From Pseudomonadota bacterium (GTDB lineage Bacteria > Bdellovibrionota > Bdellovibrionia > Bdellovibrionales > Bdellovibrionaceae): a stretch of DNA of 64,000 nt. Where the stretch lies: NCBI GenBank assembly GCA_041178425.1, contig JBEGVH010000030.1:233137-297136 (forward strand). Direction: 5' to 3'. Shown here in pieces: positions 40,679-49,378 of this stretch. Below the pieces are notes generated by a model. The model was not told where the DNA came from, did not search any database, and saw only the letters and a list, made by a program, of their open reading frames with translations. Position numbers and translations under genes: made by a program. Numbering within the stretch: the first letter of the stretch is position 1; each line of letters opens with the position of its first letter.

Positions 40679-42739
40679 TTACAACATATTCATCGGATCT
40701 ACATCAACCTGGACCTTCACCTGAGATTGTATCCATTTTCGATCGCCAATCACCTGTCTGACAAACGTATTGATTACATTGGCTTTGGGACCTTTGATCA
40801 AAAGTTGATAGCGATGTTGATTTCTCAAACGAGCCAATGGGTACTCCGTCGGACCAAGAATCCAAAGATCGCGATAGGCGGGATACTTTTTCTGAAGCTC
40901 ACGACCTCGATGGGCCATTTGGTCAGAAACCTGTAGCACCTTATCGAGATTCGCTCCAATAATTCGAACCACCGCCAATTTACCAAAGGGTGGATAAAGA
41001 AGTTCTTCTCGATTTTTGAGTTCTTCTTCAGCAAACTTTTCATAATCGGCCATTTGCGCACAAACAATTGCGGAGTGATTGGGGGTATAGGTTTGAATAA
41101 TCACTTTACCCGGAAGCTCTCCCGGCTGCACGTGTCGTCCCGATCTTCCGCTCACCTGCGTAATAATCTGAAATCCACGCTCGGCCGCGCGAAAGTCGGG
41201 CATATGAAGACCAACATCTGCGTTAACGATTCCTACCAGATTGAGATTAGGAAAATCGAGCCCCTTTGCGATCATCTGCGTGCCAATCAAAATGTCGATA
41301 TCACCCGACTCCATTCGAGCCACCAACTCTTCGATATCTTCGCGCGATGTGATTTCATCGCGATCAGCTCGCGCCAATCGTGCCTGCGGAAACAAAAGAC
41401 TGAGATCGGCCTCGATCTGTTCAGTACCCAATCCTTGCGCTACATATTCGCTTTGGTTGCAGTTCGTACAAATGGGCGTGAGCATTTGTTGATAATCACA
41501 GTAATGACAAACCAAATGGTGTTTACCATGGAGAGTGAGGCTAATATCACAATTCGGGCATTCTAGAACGAAGGCACAACCGGGACACTGAACCACATTG
41601 GCAAAGCCTCGCCGATTGAGAAAAACGGCTACTTGTTTGCCATTATCTAACTGTCGCTGCATTTCTTCTAGTAGTTCTTCCGAAAGCCAATGTGGCAACT
41701 CAGAAGGTTTGTCTTTTCTGCGGAGTCGCTGCACTTTTAAATCCACGATTTGCACATCGGGCATCGAGCGATCTTCGACTCGGCGGCGCAATCGATGCAA
41801 AAAGTACCTTCCATGAAGGGCGTTATTCCAGCTCTCAAGGGAGGGCGTTGCCGATCCCAACAAAATGGGTATATTTTTTAACTGAGCAAGTTTTACTGCT
41901 GCATCTCTCGCATGATATTTTAAGTAGTCTTCTTGTTTAAAACTCGGTTCGTGCTCCTCATCAACAATCACTACTCCTAATTTTGGGATCGGACAGAACA
42001 TCGCCGAGCGCGCACCAATGAGAATTTGCTTTTCGCCATCGACCATTTGCCACCACTGATTGGTTTTTTCTCTGGGGGTTAGATGAGAATGAATAGTTGC
42101 AACTTTTTGACCGAAACGAGCCGTAAAGCGATTGAGAAGCTGAGGTGTTAATGAAATCTCTGGCACAATCACGAGGCCCCGCTCACCACGAGCTAAACAC
42201 TCCTCAAGAACTCTCATATACACTTCAGTTTTTCCCGAACCGGTAACTCCAAAAATAAGATGAGCACCGAACCCTTGGTGGCTGCTGACTTGCTTCACCA
42301 CTTGCTGCTGTTCTTCGGTTAAAACCGGAGGTGCGGTGGCAGCAACCTCTTTTATTACCGCAGCTTTTCTTGTTTTGTTTTTAGGTGTCGCTTTATCAAG
42401 GGGGGGCAAGACCGTCGCCATAATTTCGCCGACCGGATAAACATAATAGTCGGCAAGCCACTCGAGCCACTTCATGTACTCTGCATCGACTATTGGATAC
42501 TCAAAAGACAGCTTCGAAATACTCTTAACATCAAAAGAACCATCTGGTGCAGGGGTGGGACCAAGAATTATTCCCTGGGTTTGGCGATTACCCAAAGGGA
42601 TGGTCACCCAACGCCCACGGACAAGATTTTGACGTTCATCCTCTGAGAGTGATTGATCAGAATAGGTTAATGGAGCCAATAATGGGGCATCAACGGCAAC
42701 ATGCCAAAAACCAGTTTTAGCTCCCTCGCTTGAACTCAC
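40679..42739 (-). CDS. priA: Primosomal protein N' (replication restart helicase)
   Basis: GVTGSGKTEVY, PEISLTPQ, DEEHE, SATPS, four CxxC, GTQMIAKGLDF. Confidence 0.97.
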   Translation of the reverse strand: MSSSEGAKTGFWHVAVDAPLLAPLTYSDQSLSEDERQNLVRGRWVTIPLGNRQTQGIILGPTPAPDGSFDVKSISKLSFEYPIVDAEYMKWLEWLADYYVYPVGEIMATVLPPLDKATPKNKTRKAAVIKEVAATAPPVLTEEQQQVVKQVSSHQGFGAHLIFGVTGSGKTEVYMRVLEECLARGERGLVIVPEISLTPQLLNRFTARFGQKVATIHSHLTPREKTNQWWQMVDGEKQILIGARSAMFCPIPKLGVVIVDEEHEPSFKQEDYLKYHARDAAVKLAQLKNIPILLGSATPSLESWNNALHGRYFLHRLRRRVEDRSMPDVQIVDLKVQRLRRKDKPSELPHWLSEELLEEMQRQLDNGKQVAVFLNRRGFANVVQCPGCAFVLECPNCDISLTLHGKHHLVCHYCDYQQMLTPICTNCNQSEYVAQGLGTEQIEADLSLLFPQARLARADRDEITSREDIEELVARMESGDIDILIGTQMIAKGLDFPNLNLVGIVNADVGLHMPDFRAAERGFQIITQVSGRSGRHVQPGELPGKVIIQTYTPNHSAIVCAQMADYEKFAEEELKNREELLYPPFGKLAVVRIIGANLDKVLQVSDQMAHRGRELQKKYPAYRDLWILGPTEYPLARLRNQHRYQLLIKGPKANVINTFVRQVIGDRKWIQSQVKVQVDVDPMNML

Positions 42740-42747
42740 TCTTTAAC

Positions 42748-43608
42748 CTACCTAAATTTTTGATAAAATTCTTCAACAAGAAAACGACCGCGATGCCGAT
42801 CGAACTCACCCGTTCTTGAATCGCCATGCTTTTGAAATAATTGTCGCTGCTGGGCCTCGGCCGCTCTCACAGAAGTTGCCTGAACCTGCGCCTGAGCATT
42901 CATGCCAGAGCTAAGCCAAGTGTAGGTTATTTCTTTAGGCCAACGCGCCCCACGAGAAAATGTGGTTGGGCGGTCTGCTTGCAATTCATCACCCAAGAGA
43001 TTTCGAATCTTTAGTATGTTAAATTGATCCTGCTCAACCCAAAACCCCGGCGCTGGAATATCCATCTTCGGGCGAGGACCAAAAATCCAAGCCACCTTTC
43101 CGCCAGTTCGACCTAGCCGAACAAAAGGCGCTGGCACATATTGAAATTTTCCCTGAGTATTAGGAATTTTTTTAAAGTTTGGTGCCTGGTAAACCTCCTC
43201 CGTCACGATGCCTTGTTGAACAAGAAACCGCATGAGGCTATCGGCAGAGTGAATAAAAAAAGCTCTGTCCATAAGTGGTTTTGCTTGGCGCGTGTTTTGT
43301 AAAATCCCCGAGAGGGTCGAAGTCTTTTGATTATCGGTGTATAAATTTTGAAATACAATTTGATCCTTGAGATCTTTTTCTCCCCGCACAATTAGTCGAA
43401 CGGTGTTGTCATCATCAAAGAGCCATTGCTCTTTAAGCGTCATGTTTTGTTCGCCAGACACCAAGGTGACTTCTTGCTCAACAAACAAAGGAAGTTTAAT
43501 CGAGCTTTCTGTGACTCGATCAAGAATCATTCGAGCACTTGGAATATAGGCAAACGATTTTAAACTAACAACTAAGACTGCAAAAACCATGTGGGCTAAA
43601 TAACGCAT
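42748..43608 (-). CDS. Secreted hypothetical protein (possible LolA-like beta fold)
   Basis: Signal peptide ending SFA-YIP; FWVEQDQF segment; GGAGG RBS. Confidence 0.65.
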   Translation of the reverse strand: MRYLAHMVFAVLVVSLKSFAYIPSARMILDRVTESSIKLPLFVEQEVTLVSGEQNMTLKEQWLFDDDNTVRLIVRGEKDLKDQIVFQNLYTDNQKTSTLSGILQNTRQAKPLMDRAFFIHSADSLMRFLVQQGIVTEEVYQAPNFKKIPNTQGKFQYVPAPFVRLGRTGGKVAWIFGPRPKMDIPAPGFWVEQDQFNILKIRNLLGDELQADRPTTFSRGARWPKEITYTWLSSGMNAQAQVQATSVRAAEAQQRQLFQKHGDSRTGEFDRHRGRFLVEEFYQKFR

Positions 43609-43620
43609 GGATGGACCTCC

Positions 43621-44511
43621 TTATACACGCTGAGCGATTTCTTTAATAAAAGCCTTAACCTCAGCTCCTAGGCGAGGGTGCAACAGTGCCATTTCGATAT
43701 TCGCTTTAAGAAACCCCAACGGATCTCCCGCATCAAAACGTCGGCTCTTTACTTCGATGGCACGCATGCCATGCTCTACTAGCATTTGGGCCATAGCATC
43801 GGTGAGCTGAATTTCTCCATTCTTACCAGGCTTTGTTGTCTCTAAGAAATTAAAGATTTTAGCATCAAAAACATATCGCCCCGGAAGCGCCCATCGCGAT
43901 GGAGTTTCGTTCGGCTGAGGTTTTTCTACAAGGCTATTAACAACAAACTCTCCAGGATTCGTTGAGCGAACTTCGGCAATACCGTACTTTGATACATCAG
44001 CATCACTCACAGGCATCACCGCTATCGTTGAAGTGTTGGTACGGTGAAATGATTCAACTAAATTTTTTGTCACATTGTCTTGGCCATGCCCTTGAACCAT
44101 GACTTCGTCACCGAGCAAAACGGCGAAGGGCTCATTGCCAATCACGGGTTGGCCACAAAGAACCGCGTGCCCCAAACCCAAGGGCTGTTTTTGACGAATA
44201 CTAATGATGTTAGCCATGCCTTTGATGCGATTGAGGCGTTCCAAAATATCAGTTTTGCCATCTTTGGCGAGTTTATCTTCGAGCTCATAAGAAACATCAA
44301 AAAAATCTTCGATAGCCGCCTTGCCTCGCCCTTGAATGAGAACGATGTCTTGTATCCCCGCAAGCACGGCCTCTTCGACCACATAAAAAATAGCCGGCGA
44401 ATCAACGATCGTGAGCATCTCTTTAGGAATACTTTTTGTGGCCGGTAAAAAGCGAGTCCCTAGACCTGCCGCAGGGATTAATGCTTTGGTGACCCTTTTC
44501 GAAGCCGTCAT
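43621..44511 (-). CDS. galU: UTP--glucose-1-phosphate uridylyltransferase
   Basis: PAAGLGTRFLPATK..PKEM, LGLGHAV, VEKP, GEIQLTDA. Confidence 0.96.
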   Translation of the reverse strand: MTASKRVTKALIPAAGLGTRFLPATKSIPKEMLTIVDSPAIFYVVEEAVLAGIQDIVLIQGRGKAAIEDFFDVSYELEDKLAKDGKTDILERLNRIKGMANIISIRQKQPLGLGHAVLCGQPVIGNEPFAVLLGDEVMVQGHGQDNVTKNLVESFHRTNTSTIAVMPVSDADVSKYGIAEVRSTNPGEFVVNSLVEKPQPNETPSRWALPGRYVFDAKIFNFLETTKPGKNGEIQLTDAMAQMLVEHGMRAIEVKSRRFDAGDPLGFLKANIEMALLHPRLGAEVKAFIKEIAQRV

Positions 44512-44631
44512 TTTAACCTCATTCAATGCCCTATCTTTCATCTTTTTCTCAATATGAGTCAAAAGCTAAATTTTTCGCTGTAAACCAACAAAATCCCGAT
44601 AAACTAAAAGTGTTAATTCTGGGGGGATCTC

Positions 44632-45915
44632 ATGCGCTTAAAGCCATCGCGCGCTATAAGGATTTTGGGTGGGATCACCTTCAGTACGCTATTTATCTTG
44701 CTTGGCTTCCAAAATTGCAGCTCACAAGACTATGCAAACACATTGGCTTCGATGGAATCTCCGGAGGTAACTAGTCAAGCCTCAAGCATTCCTTTTGCTT
44801 TTGATTTTCGAGCCAATCAACTCAGCTACATGAGCTGCAGTCGCAGCAACGCTCAAGGTCCCGATAATACTTTTTCTAGCTTAACGTCTCTCAGCGATCC
44901 TACGGTTTTTTATACCTTCAAAATTGGCGCTTACGATGATGCGGGCCTAGGTTTGCGCCAAGAGTTTATCAACTACGTAAAAAATAATTTTACGTCTAAA
45001 GGGGTTCTCGCTGACTCCTACATTACAGATGCCATTACGGCAGGAACGGCTCATAGCGGTGCCGCTTTACAATTGGCCATCCGTGACACAACACCGATTG
45101 AAAGCGAAGTTTATGACCCAGAACGGCGCGACGAACCGAACTACGGAATTGCCTATCATCTTTTTCCAGTGAGTGTGATCCTGAATATGAGGGACTTTTT
45201 TCCGCAAATGATTGCGCTCTTTAAAACCCCAGGAATGCGCCTTTCTACACTCGGCACGGCGAGCCTGCAGCAATACAAATTAGAATCAGCCATTCATTTT
45301 GAACAAGAACAAGCCTATCAAGAAAATACGGCCGAACAAGTGCGCCAGAAACTCAGCACCCAATCAGGCCCTCTTTCGAGCTTGCTCACTATAACGTACT
45401 CCAAGGATCTCCGCTATTCTGCATCTCCTTATATCGCGAGACCTTTTCAAACGGCTGCCTCCGACAATCGCGTTTGGGGGGTCGGCTATGGCCTAAAATT
45501 CATCAGCGATCCACGCCTTCAGTGGAAACAAAACGTGATCGACTCTGTTCAAGAGTATGATCTCACCACTTTCGAGAAAACCAGCAACTGGACCTGTCAC
45601 CAGTCATTTAGGTATATAATTATTGCCGCAAAAGATCGGGGCACCTATGGCTGCATCGATCGCGACCCCGCTCAACTCAATACTGTACAAAAGCAAGACC
45701 TCCTCAAAATTAGGCGTCACCTCATTGCCGAAAAGTGGATCGTTGATCCGGTTAATCACTGCGTGTCCCCCAAAATCGCCAGAGACGATTGCTATCCGAA
45801 CAGCTCTTTTCGCGAAATCGACTACCGTGGAGCCACTCGTTGTGGCATCGATTCGAATGGCCGGTACCTCGAAAAAGATTGCCCTGAGTTTGTGTCTTTT
45901 TGTTTTCGCAACTAG
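44632..45915 (+). CDS. Lipoprotein with GFQNC lipobox and Cys-rich C-terminus
   Basis: LFILLGFQNCS; SYMSC; several C-terminal Cys; CCGATAA (sigma28 -10-like) at 44596-44602. Confidence 0.75.
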   Translation: MRLKPSRAIRILGGITFSTLFILLGFQNCSSQDYANTLASMESPEVTSQASSIPFAFDFRANQLSYMSCSRSNAQGPDNTFSSLTSLSDPTVFYTFKIGAYDDAGLGLRQEFINYVKNNFTSKGVLADSYITDAITAGTAHSGAALQLAIRDTTPIESEVYDPERRDEPNYGIAYHLFPVSVILNMRDFFPQMIALFKTPGMRLSTLGTASLQQYKLESAIHFEQEQAYQENTAEQVRQKLSTQSGPLSSLLTITYSKDLRYSASPYIARPFQTAASDNRVWGVGYGLKFISDPRLQWKQNVIDSVQEYDLTTFEKTSNWTCHQSFRYIIIAAKDRGTYGCIDRDPAQLNTVQKQDLLKIRRHLIAEKWIVDPVNHCVSPKIARDDCYPNSSFREIDYRGATRCGIDSNGRYLEKDCPEFVSFCFRN

Positions 45916-46005
45916 GAACACAGCCTCATTGACCCCTAGGATTCCTAGACCCCGCCTATTCGGCTTAACGTTGAACTTAATGGGCAAGTTGCCTAGTATG
46001 AGTTT

Positions 46006-46902
46006 ATGGCATCAATACTCAAGTTTTTTTATTTAGCATCACTTTTTGTTGGTCTTTCCTCTCATGCCGTCACCGTTGGCTCAATATCCAGCGCCATGGC
46101 GGGCACTGGCCGTTCCTCGGTAGATATTGGCGAAAGCTACCTTCTTAACCCTGCTACCGTTGCCCATCTTCAAGGAGCCGCGATGGCTTTCGGATCCTCT
46201 TACCTCGAGTGGACCAACCCCTTGGATAATTCTCTTAGTAGTTATGATGGGTGGCGACTCAGTCTTAATGAAAACTCTCCCGACTCAATGTGGTCCTCAT
46301 CGATCTATATGAGTCAGAGCCAGAGCCGCCAAAGTCGCCGAAGTTTTAATGCGCCCACGCAATTCAACGATGCCTGGTTTACGCTCGGCAATTTTGTGAT
46401 GCCGCAATTGAGTGCGGGCCTGAGCTACCACTTTCATGAAACCATTACTGCCCTGAATAGCTACCAAGAACATAACTTTGGTCTAGGCCTTTTGTGGACT
46501 CCGCTGGATAATTTGGGGGTTGGGTTTAGCCTACAAAATTTTCGAGCCCCCCCCAAAGAGGTTCCCACCGAGCTTGGCTTGGGAAGCAATGGAGGGGTTG
46601 GCGTGATGTATTTGCATCAAGATTACCTCCGGCTTCGCTTAGACTATTCTAGAAAAGCCCATAAGTTATCATTACTTAGCTCGCACGAGTGGGCTTTCGG
46701 TTTAGAAAACGCCATGACCCCATGGACTCTCATTCGCATTGGAGCGGCCCAAGAAATTAACGACGAACAAAAAACAACTCAAAAACTGACCTGTGGAATT
46801 GGGTTTGCTGGCCCACGCTTTGGAGTTCACTACGGATTTCAACAACTTCGAGTTGCCAAAGTGGGAACGGAGCATAGTGTTGACTTAATGATTCCCTTTT
46901 GA
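46006..46902 (+). CDS. Probable outer-membrane beta-barrel protein
   Basis: Signal peptide, AMAGTG...LNPA plug motif as in FadL/PorV-type barrels, alternating beta-strands, terminal Phe. Confidence 0.7.
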   Translation: MASILKFFYLASLFVGLSSHAVTVGSISSAMAGTGRSSVDIGESYLLNPATVAHLQGAAMAFGSSYLEWTNPLDNSLSSYDGWRLSLNENSPDSMWSSSIYMSQSQSRQSRRSFNAPTQFNDAWFTLGNFVMPQLSAGLSYHFHETITALNSYQEHNFGLGLLWTPLDNLGVGFSLQNFRAPPKEVPTELGLGSNGGVGVMYLHQDYLRLRLDYSRKAHKLSLLSSHEWAFGLENAMTPWTLIRIGAAQEINDEQKTTQKLTCGIGFAGPRFGVHYGFQQLRVAKVGTEHSVDLMIPF

Positions 46903-46939
46903 TACCTGTCTTACTTCGAATTTATAAAAGGTGGTCGAA

Positions 46940-47077
46940 ATGGCATCAAAAACAATTGCTACTGAAAACAAAAGACATAGAAGAGATGCTCGTATGGGCA
47001 AGAAGCGCAAGGCTGCCTTACGCGCGAAAGGCTCTACAAAATCTCCAGCGGCTCTTTTCGGTGACGAAAAGAAGTAA
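46940..47077 (+). CDS. Small highly basic protein (45 aa), absent from the ORF track
   Basis: AAGGTGG RBS; MASKTIATENKRHRRDARMGKKRKAALRAKGSTKSPAALFGDEKK-stop; followed by a terminator. Confidence 0.75.
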   Translation: MASKTIATENKRHRRDARMGKKRKAALRAKGSTKSPAALFGDEKK

Positions 47078-47105
47078 TTGAGTCCTTTTTAAAGTGAACT
47101 CTATC

Positions 47106-47140
47106 AAAAGCCTGCGGCTACACCGCGGGCTTTTTTATTT
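47106..47140. terminator. Intrinsic terminator
   Basis: AAAAGCCTGCGG-CTACA-CCGCGGGCTTTTTT between convergent genes. Confidence 0.85.
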
Positions 47141-48265
47141 TTATTGATTCTCTCTATCTTGAACAAGCCCCTCGGGGATTCTTCCCTCGTCGATGGCTTG
47201 GGCGACTGCTTTGTGGTCAGCATGACCAATCACATCTTTAACCTCCGACCAAGGTCGGGGATCAATTTCTAGGATGCTTTCACGTTTTAACTTGGCCACT
47301 CGCTGATAGGAGTCTTCGATTCGGGCCAACGAAAGGCGACCATTGTTTACTGCGGCCTCAAGGGCATCAAGGGCCTTGGGTGGCACCGCCGGATCATTAC
47401 AATACAGAAGAACGTCATTGCCCGCCTCAATGGCACGCACGGGAATCTCTTCGGGCGAGTAGTTTTTGGTGAGCGCCTTCATATCGAGATCATCCGAAAC
47501 AATCAGGCCTCTAAAGCGAAGTTCTTCGCGCAAAAGTTTTTGAATAATCGCTTCTGATAAACTCGCCGGATACTGAGAATCGATGGATTTAAAAAGTATA
47601 TGCGAAATCATCACGCTATCAACTCGCGAACGAATGGCTTTTTTAAAAGGAACCAACTCTACCTGGTTCAAACGCTCTAAACCAACCTCTTCAACAGGAA
47701 GATCCTCATGACTATCGAGCAAGGTATTACCATGCCCCGGAAAGTGTTTCGCGCACGTGATGACTTCGGCCTTCATATAACCTCGCACTAAGGCCGAAGC
47801 CATTTTTGCCACCAACTCAGGATCGCTCGATAACGAGCGATCCCCAATCACCGTATTCGCCGGGTTAGTAAACACATCCACACATGGGGCAAAATCAAAA
47901 TTAATTCCCACTGCTTTTAACTCCTGCCCCATCCCCACGGCAAAATTAAAGGCCAGACTTGGCGAATCGAGATCTCCGAGTTTTTTGAGAGGTGGCCATT
48001 TTGTAAAGGGAGCCTTGAGGCGCGCCACGCGGCCTCCCTCCATATCAACAGAAATAAAAAAGGGTGATTTTGATGTTGTCTGATGACGCAGTTTTTGAAT
48101 CGACGAACTTAATTGATGAACTTGCTCTGGCGACTGACAATTCCGCCCCATAAAAACAACGCCACCGATGTCATTGTTAACTAAAAAAGCCTCTTCGTCT
48201 TTTGTTAGCTGAGTGCCATGAACTCCAACAATCAAGAGCTGGCCGAGTTTTTCTCTTAAAGTCAT
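47141..48265 (-). CDS. nagZ: Beta-N-acetylhexosaminidase (GH3)
   Basis: VDMEGGRV, KHFPGHG, DSH, SDDLDM. Confidence 0.93.
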   Translation of the reverse strand: MTLREKLGQLLIVGVHGTQLTKDEEAFLVNNDIGGVVFMGRNCQSPEQVHQLSSSIQKLRHQTTSKSPFFISVDMEGGRVARLKAPFTKWPPLKKLGDLDSPSLAFNFAVGMGQELKAVGINFDFAPCVDVFTNPANTVIGDRSLSSDPELVAKMASALVRGYMKAEVITCAKHFPGHGNTLLDSHEDLPVEEVGLERLNQVELVPFKKAIRSRVDSVMISHILFKSIDSQYPASLSEAIIQKLLREELRFRGLIVSDDLDMKALTKNYSPEEIPVRAIEAGNDVLLYCNDPAVPPKALDALEAAVNNGRLSLARIEDSYQRVAKLKRESILEIDPRPWSEVKDVIGHADHKAVAQAIDEGRIPEGLVQDRENQ

Positions 48266-48282
48266 ATAAACCTCAATATGTT

Positions 48283-49245
48283 TTATTTAGATTTAGTCTG
48301 TATTCCAATGCCAGGTCGAGCCCCTTTCTTCATGGGCTTATCGCTTGGCGGGGGCTTTTGAAGTTCGAGCTTCTTGATGGCCGCAGGCTTATTCACCTGC
48401 ACGGGCGCAGAGGCCCCTTCGGTGGCGGCCCCAACGGCAATCGAACTGGTTGCCGCGGCCCCGGCTGGCGCCACTCCTGTGGGAGCAGCAAAGGGGTGAG
48501 CTTTTCCTTCGGGTATGTTACCAAAAAGTATTCGCAAATTATCAGCGCTCACAGAAAGACCGCCCATGGCTTGAGTGGCGTCTGGCATTAGCTCTAGGTT
48601 GAGGGCTTTTTGTGGCGAAGTTGTTCCCAAGATTTCGCCTTTTTCGGTGGTGTACGAAACAAATTGGGCATCTTTGAAATCGTTTAATATTTTAAAAACC
48701 GGAACACCTTTGTAGTTCTCTTGTGACTGAACCGTGGCAGTACCTTTGTAAACAGCCCCGTCTTCTTCGGCTATCGCTTGATAGTCATACCGAGCCGACG
48801 CTTTGAGTCCCTTAGGATTTTTAAGAATCACATACGCCAAAAAGGTACTAAAAAAAGTTCCTTTCGGAAGAACCTTTTCAGTTTTGGTGGTTCTCCCTTT
48901 TTCGGTGGTTGTAATTTTTAGTTTTCCTTTTTCGAACTTCGCATCGATGGTTTTTGCTCCCATCTCGGGGCTTAGCATATTGTAGGTATAGGCCACAGGC
49001 TCAAGACCATCATTAGCCGTTGCCACTAAGCTTTCGGTCATTGATCCACCGAGCTCGTTGTATTTAATTAAATAGGTCGAAACAAAGTTTTTCTTGGCGG
49101 CATTGTATTCATAGCGCTGAACGACAAAGCCAAGAAACTCTCCGCCCATGGTAATTTTTGAATACCCTTCAAAGAGAACCTGCGCCCGACCTTGGTTTGT
49201 CAAAAAGATCAACACCATCGAAACTGCTAAACAAAATAACTTCAT
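48283..49245 (-). CDS. Secreted hypothetical protein
   Basis: Signal peptide MKLFCLAV...GRA-QVLFEGY; A/P/K-rich tail. Confidence 0.7.
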   Translation of the reverse strand: MKLFCLAVSMVLIFLTNQGRAQVLFEGYSKITMGGEFLGFVVQRYEYNAAKKNFVSTYLIKYNELGGSMTESLVATANDGLEPVAYTYNMLSPEMGAKTIDAKFEKGKLKITTTEKGRTTKTEKVLPKGTFFSTFLAYVILKNPKGLKASARYDYQAIAEEDGAVYKGTATVQSQENYKGVPVFKILNDFKDAQFVSYTTEKGEILGTTSPQKALNLELMPDATQAMGGLSVSADNLRILFGNIPEGKAHPFAAPTGVAPAGAAATSSIAVGAATEGASAPVQVNKPAAIKKLELQKPPPSDKPMKKGARPGIGIQTKSK

Positions 49246-49378
49246 AAATAATCTCTGCTTGCTAAGGGGTTCAAGACTCGACTGTTTTCTTTGATTTAGT
49301 CTGTCCCTTAATAGAGGGTCAGTCAAAGATGTTCTCGGCAGACTTGCGATTCTCTGGCAAACAAGCGAAAATAAACCT

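Noticed and set aside
46899..47081. 60-aa ORF from the track
   Set aside because: The overlapping 45-aa frame at 46940-47077 has an ATG, a good RBS and coherent composition.
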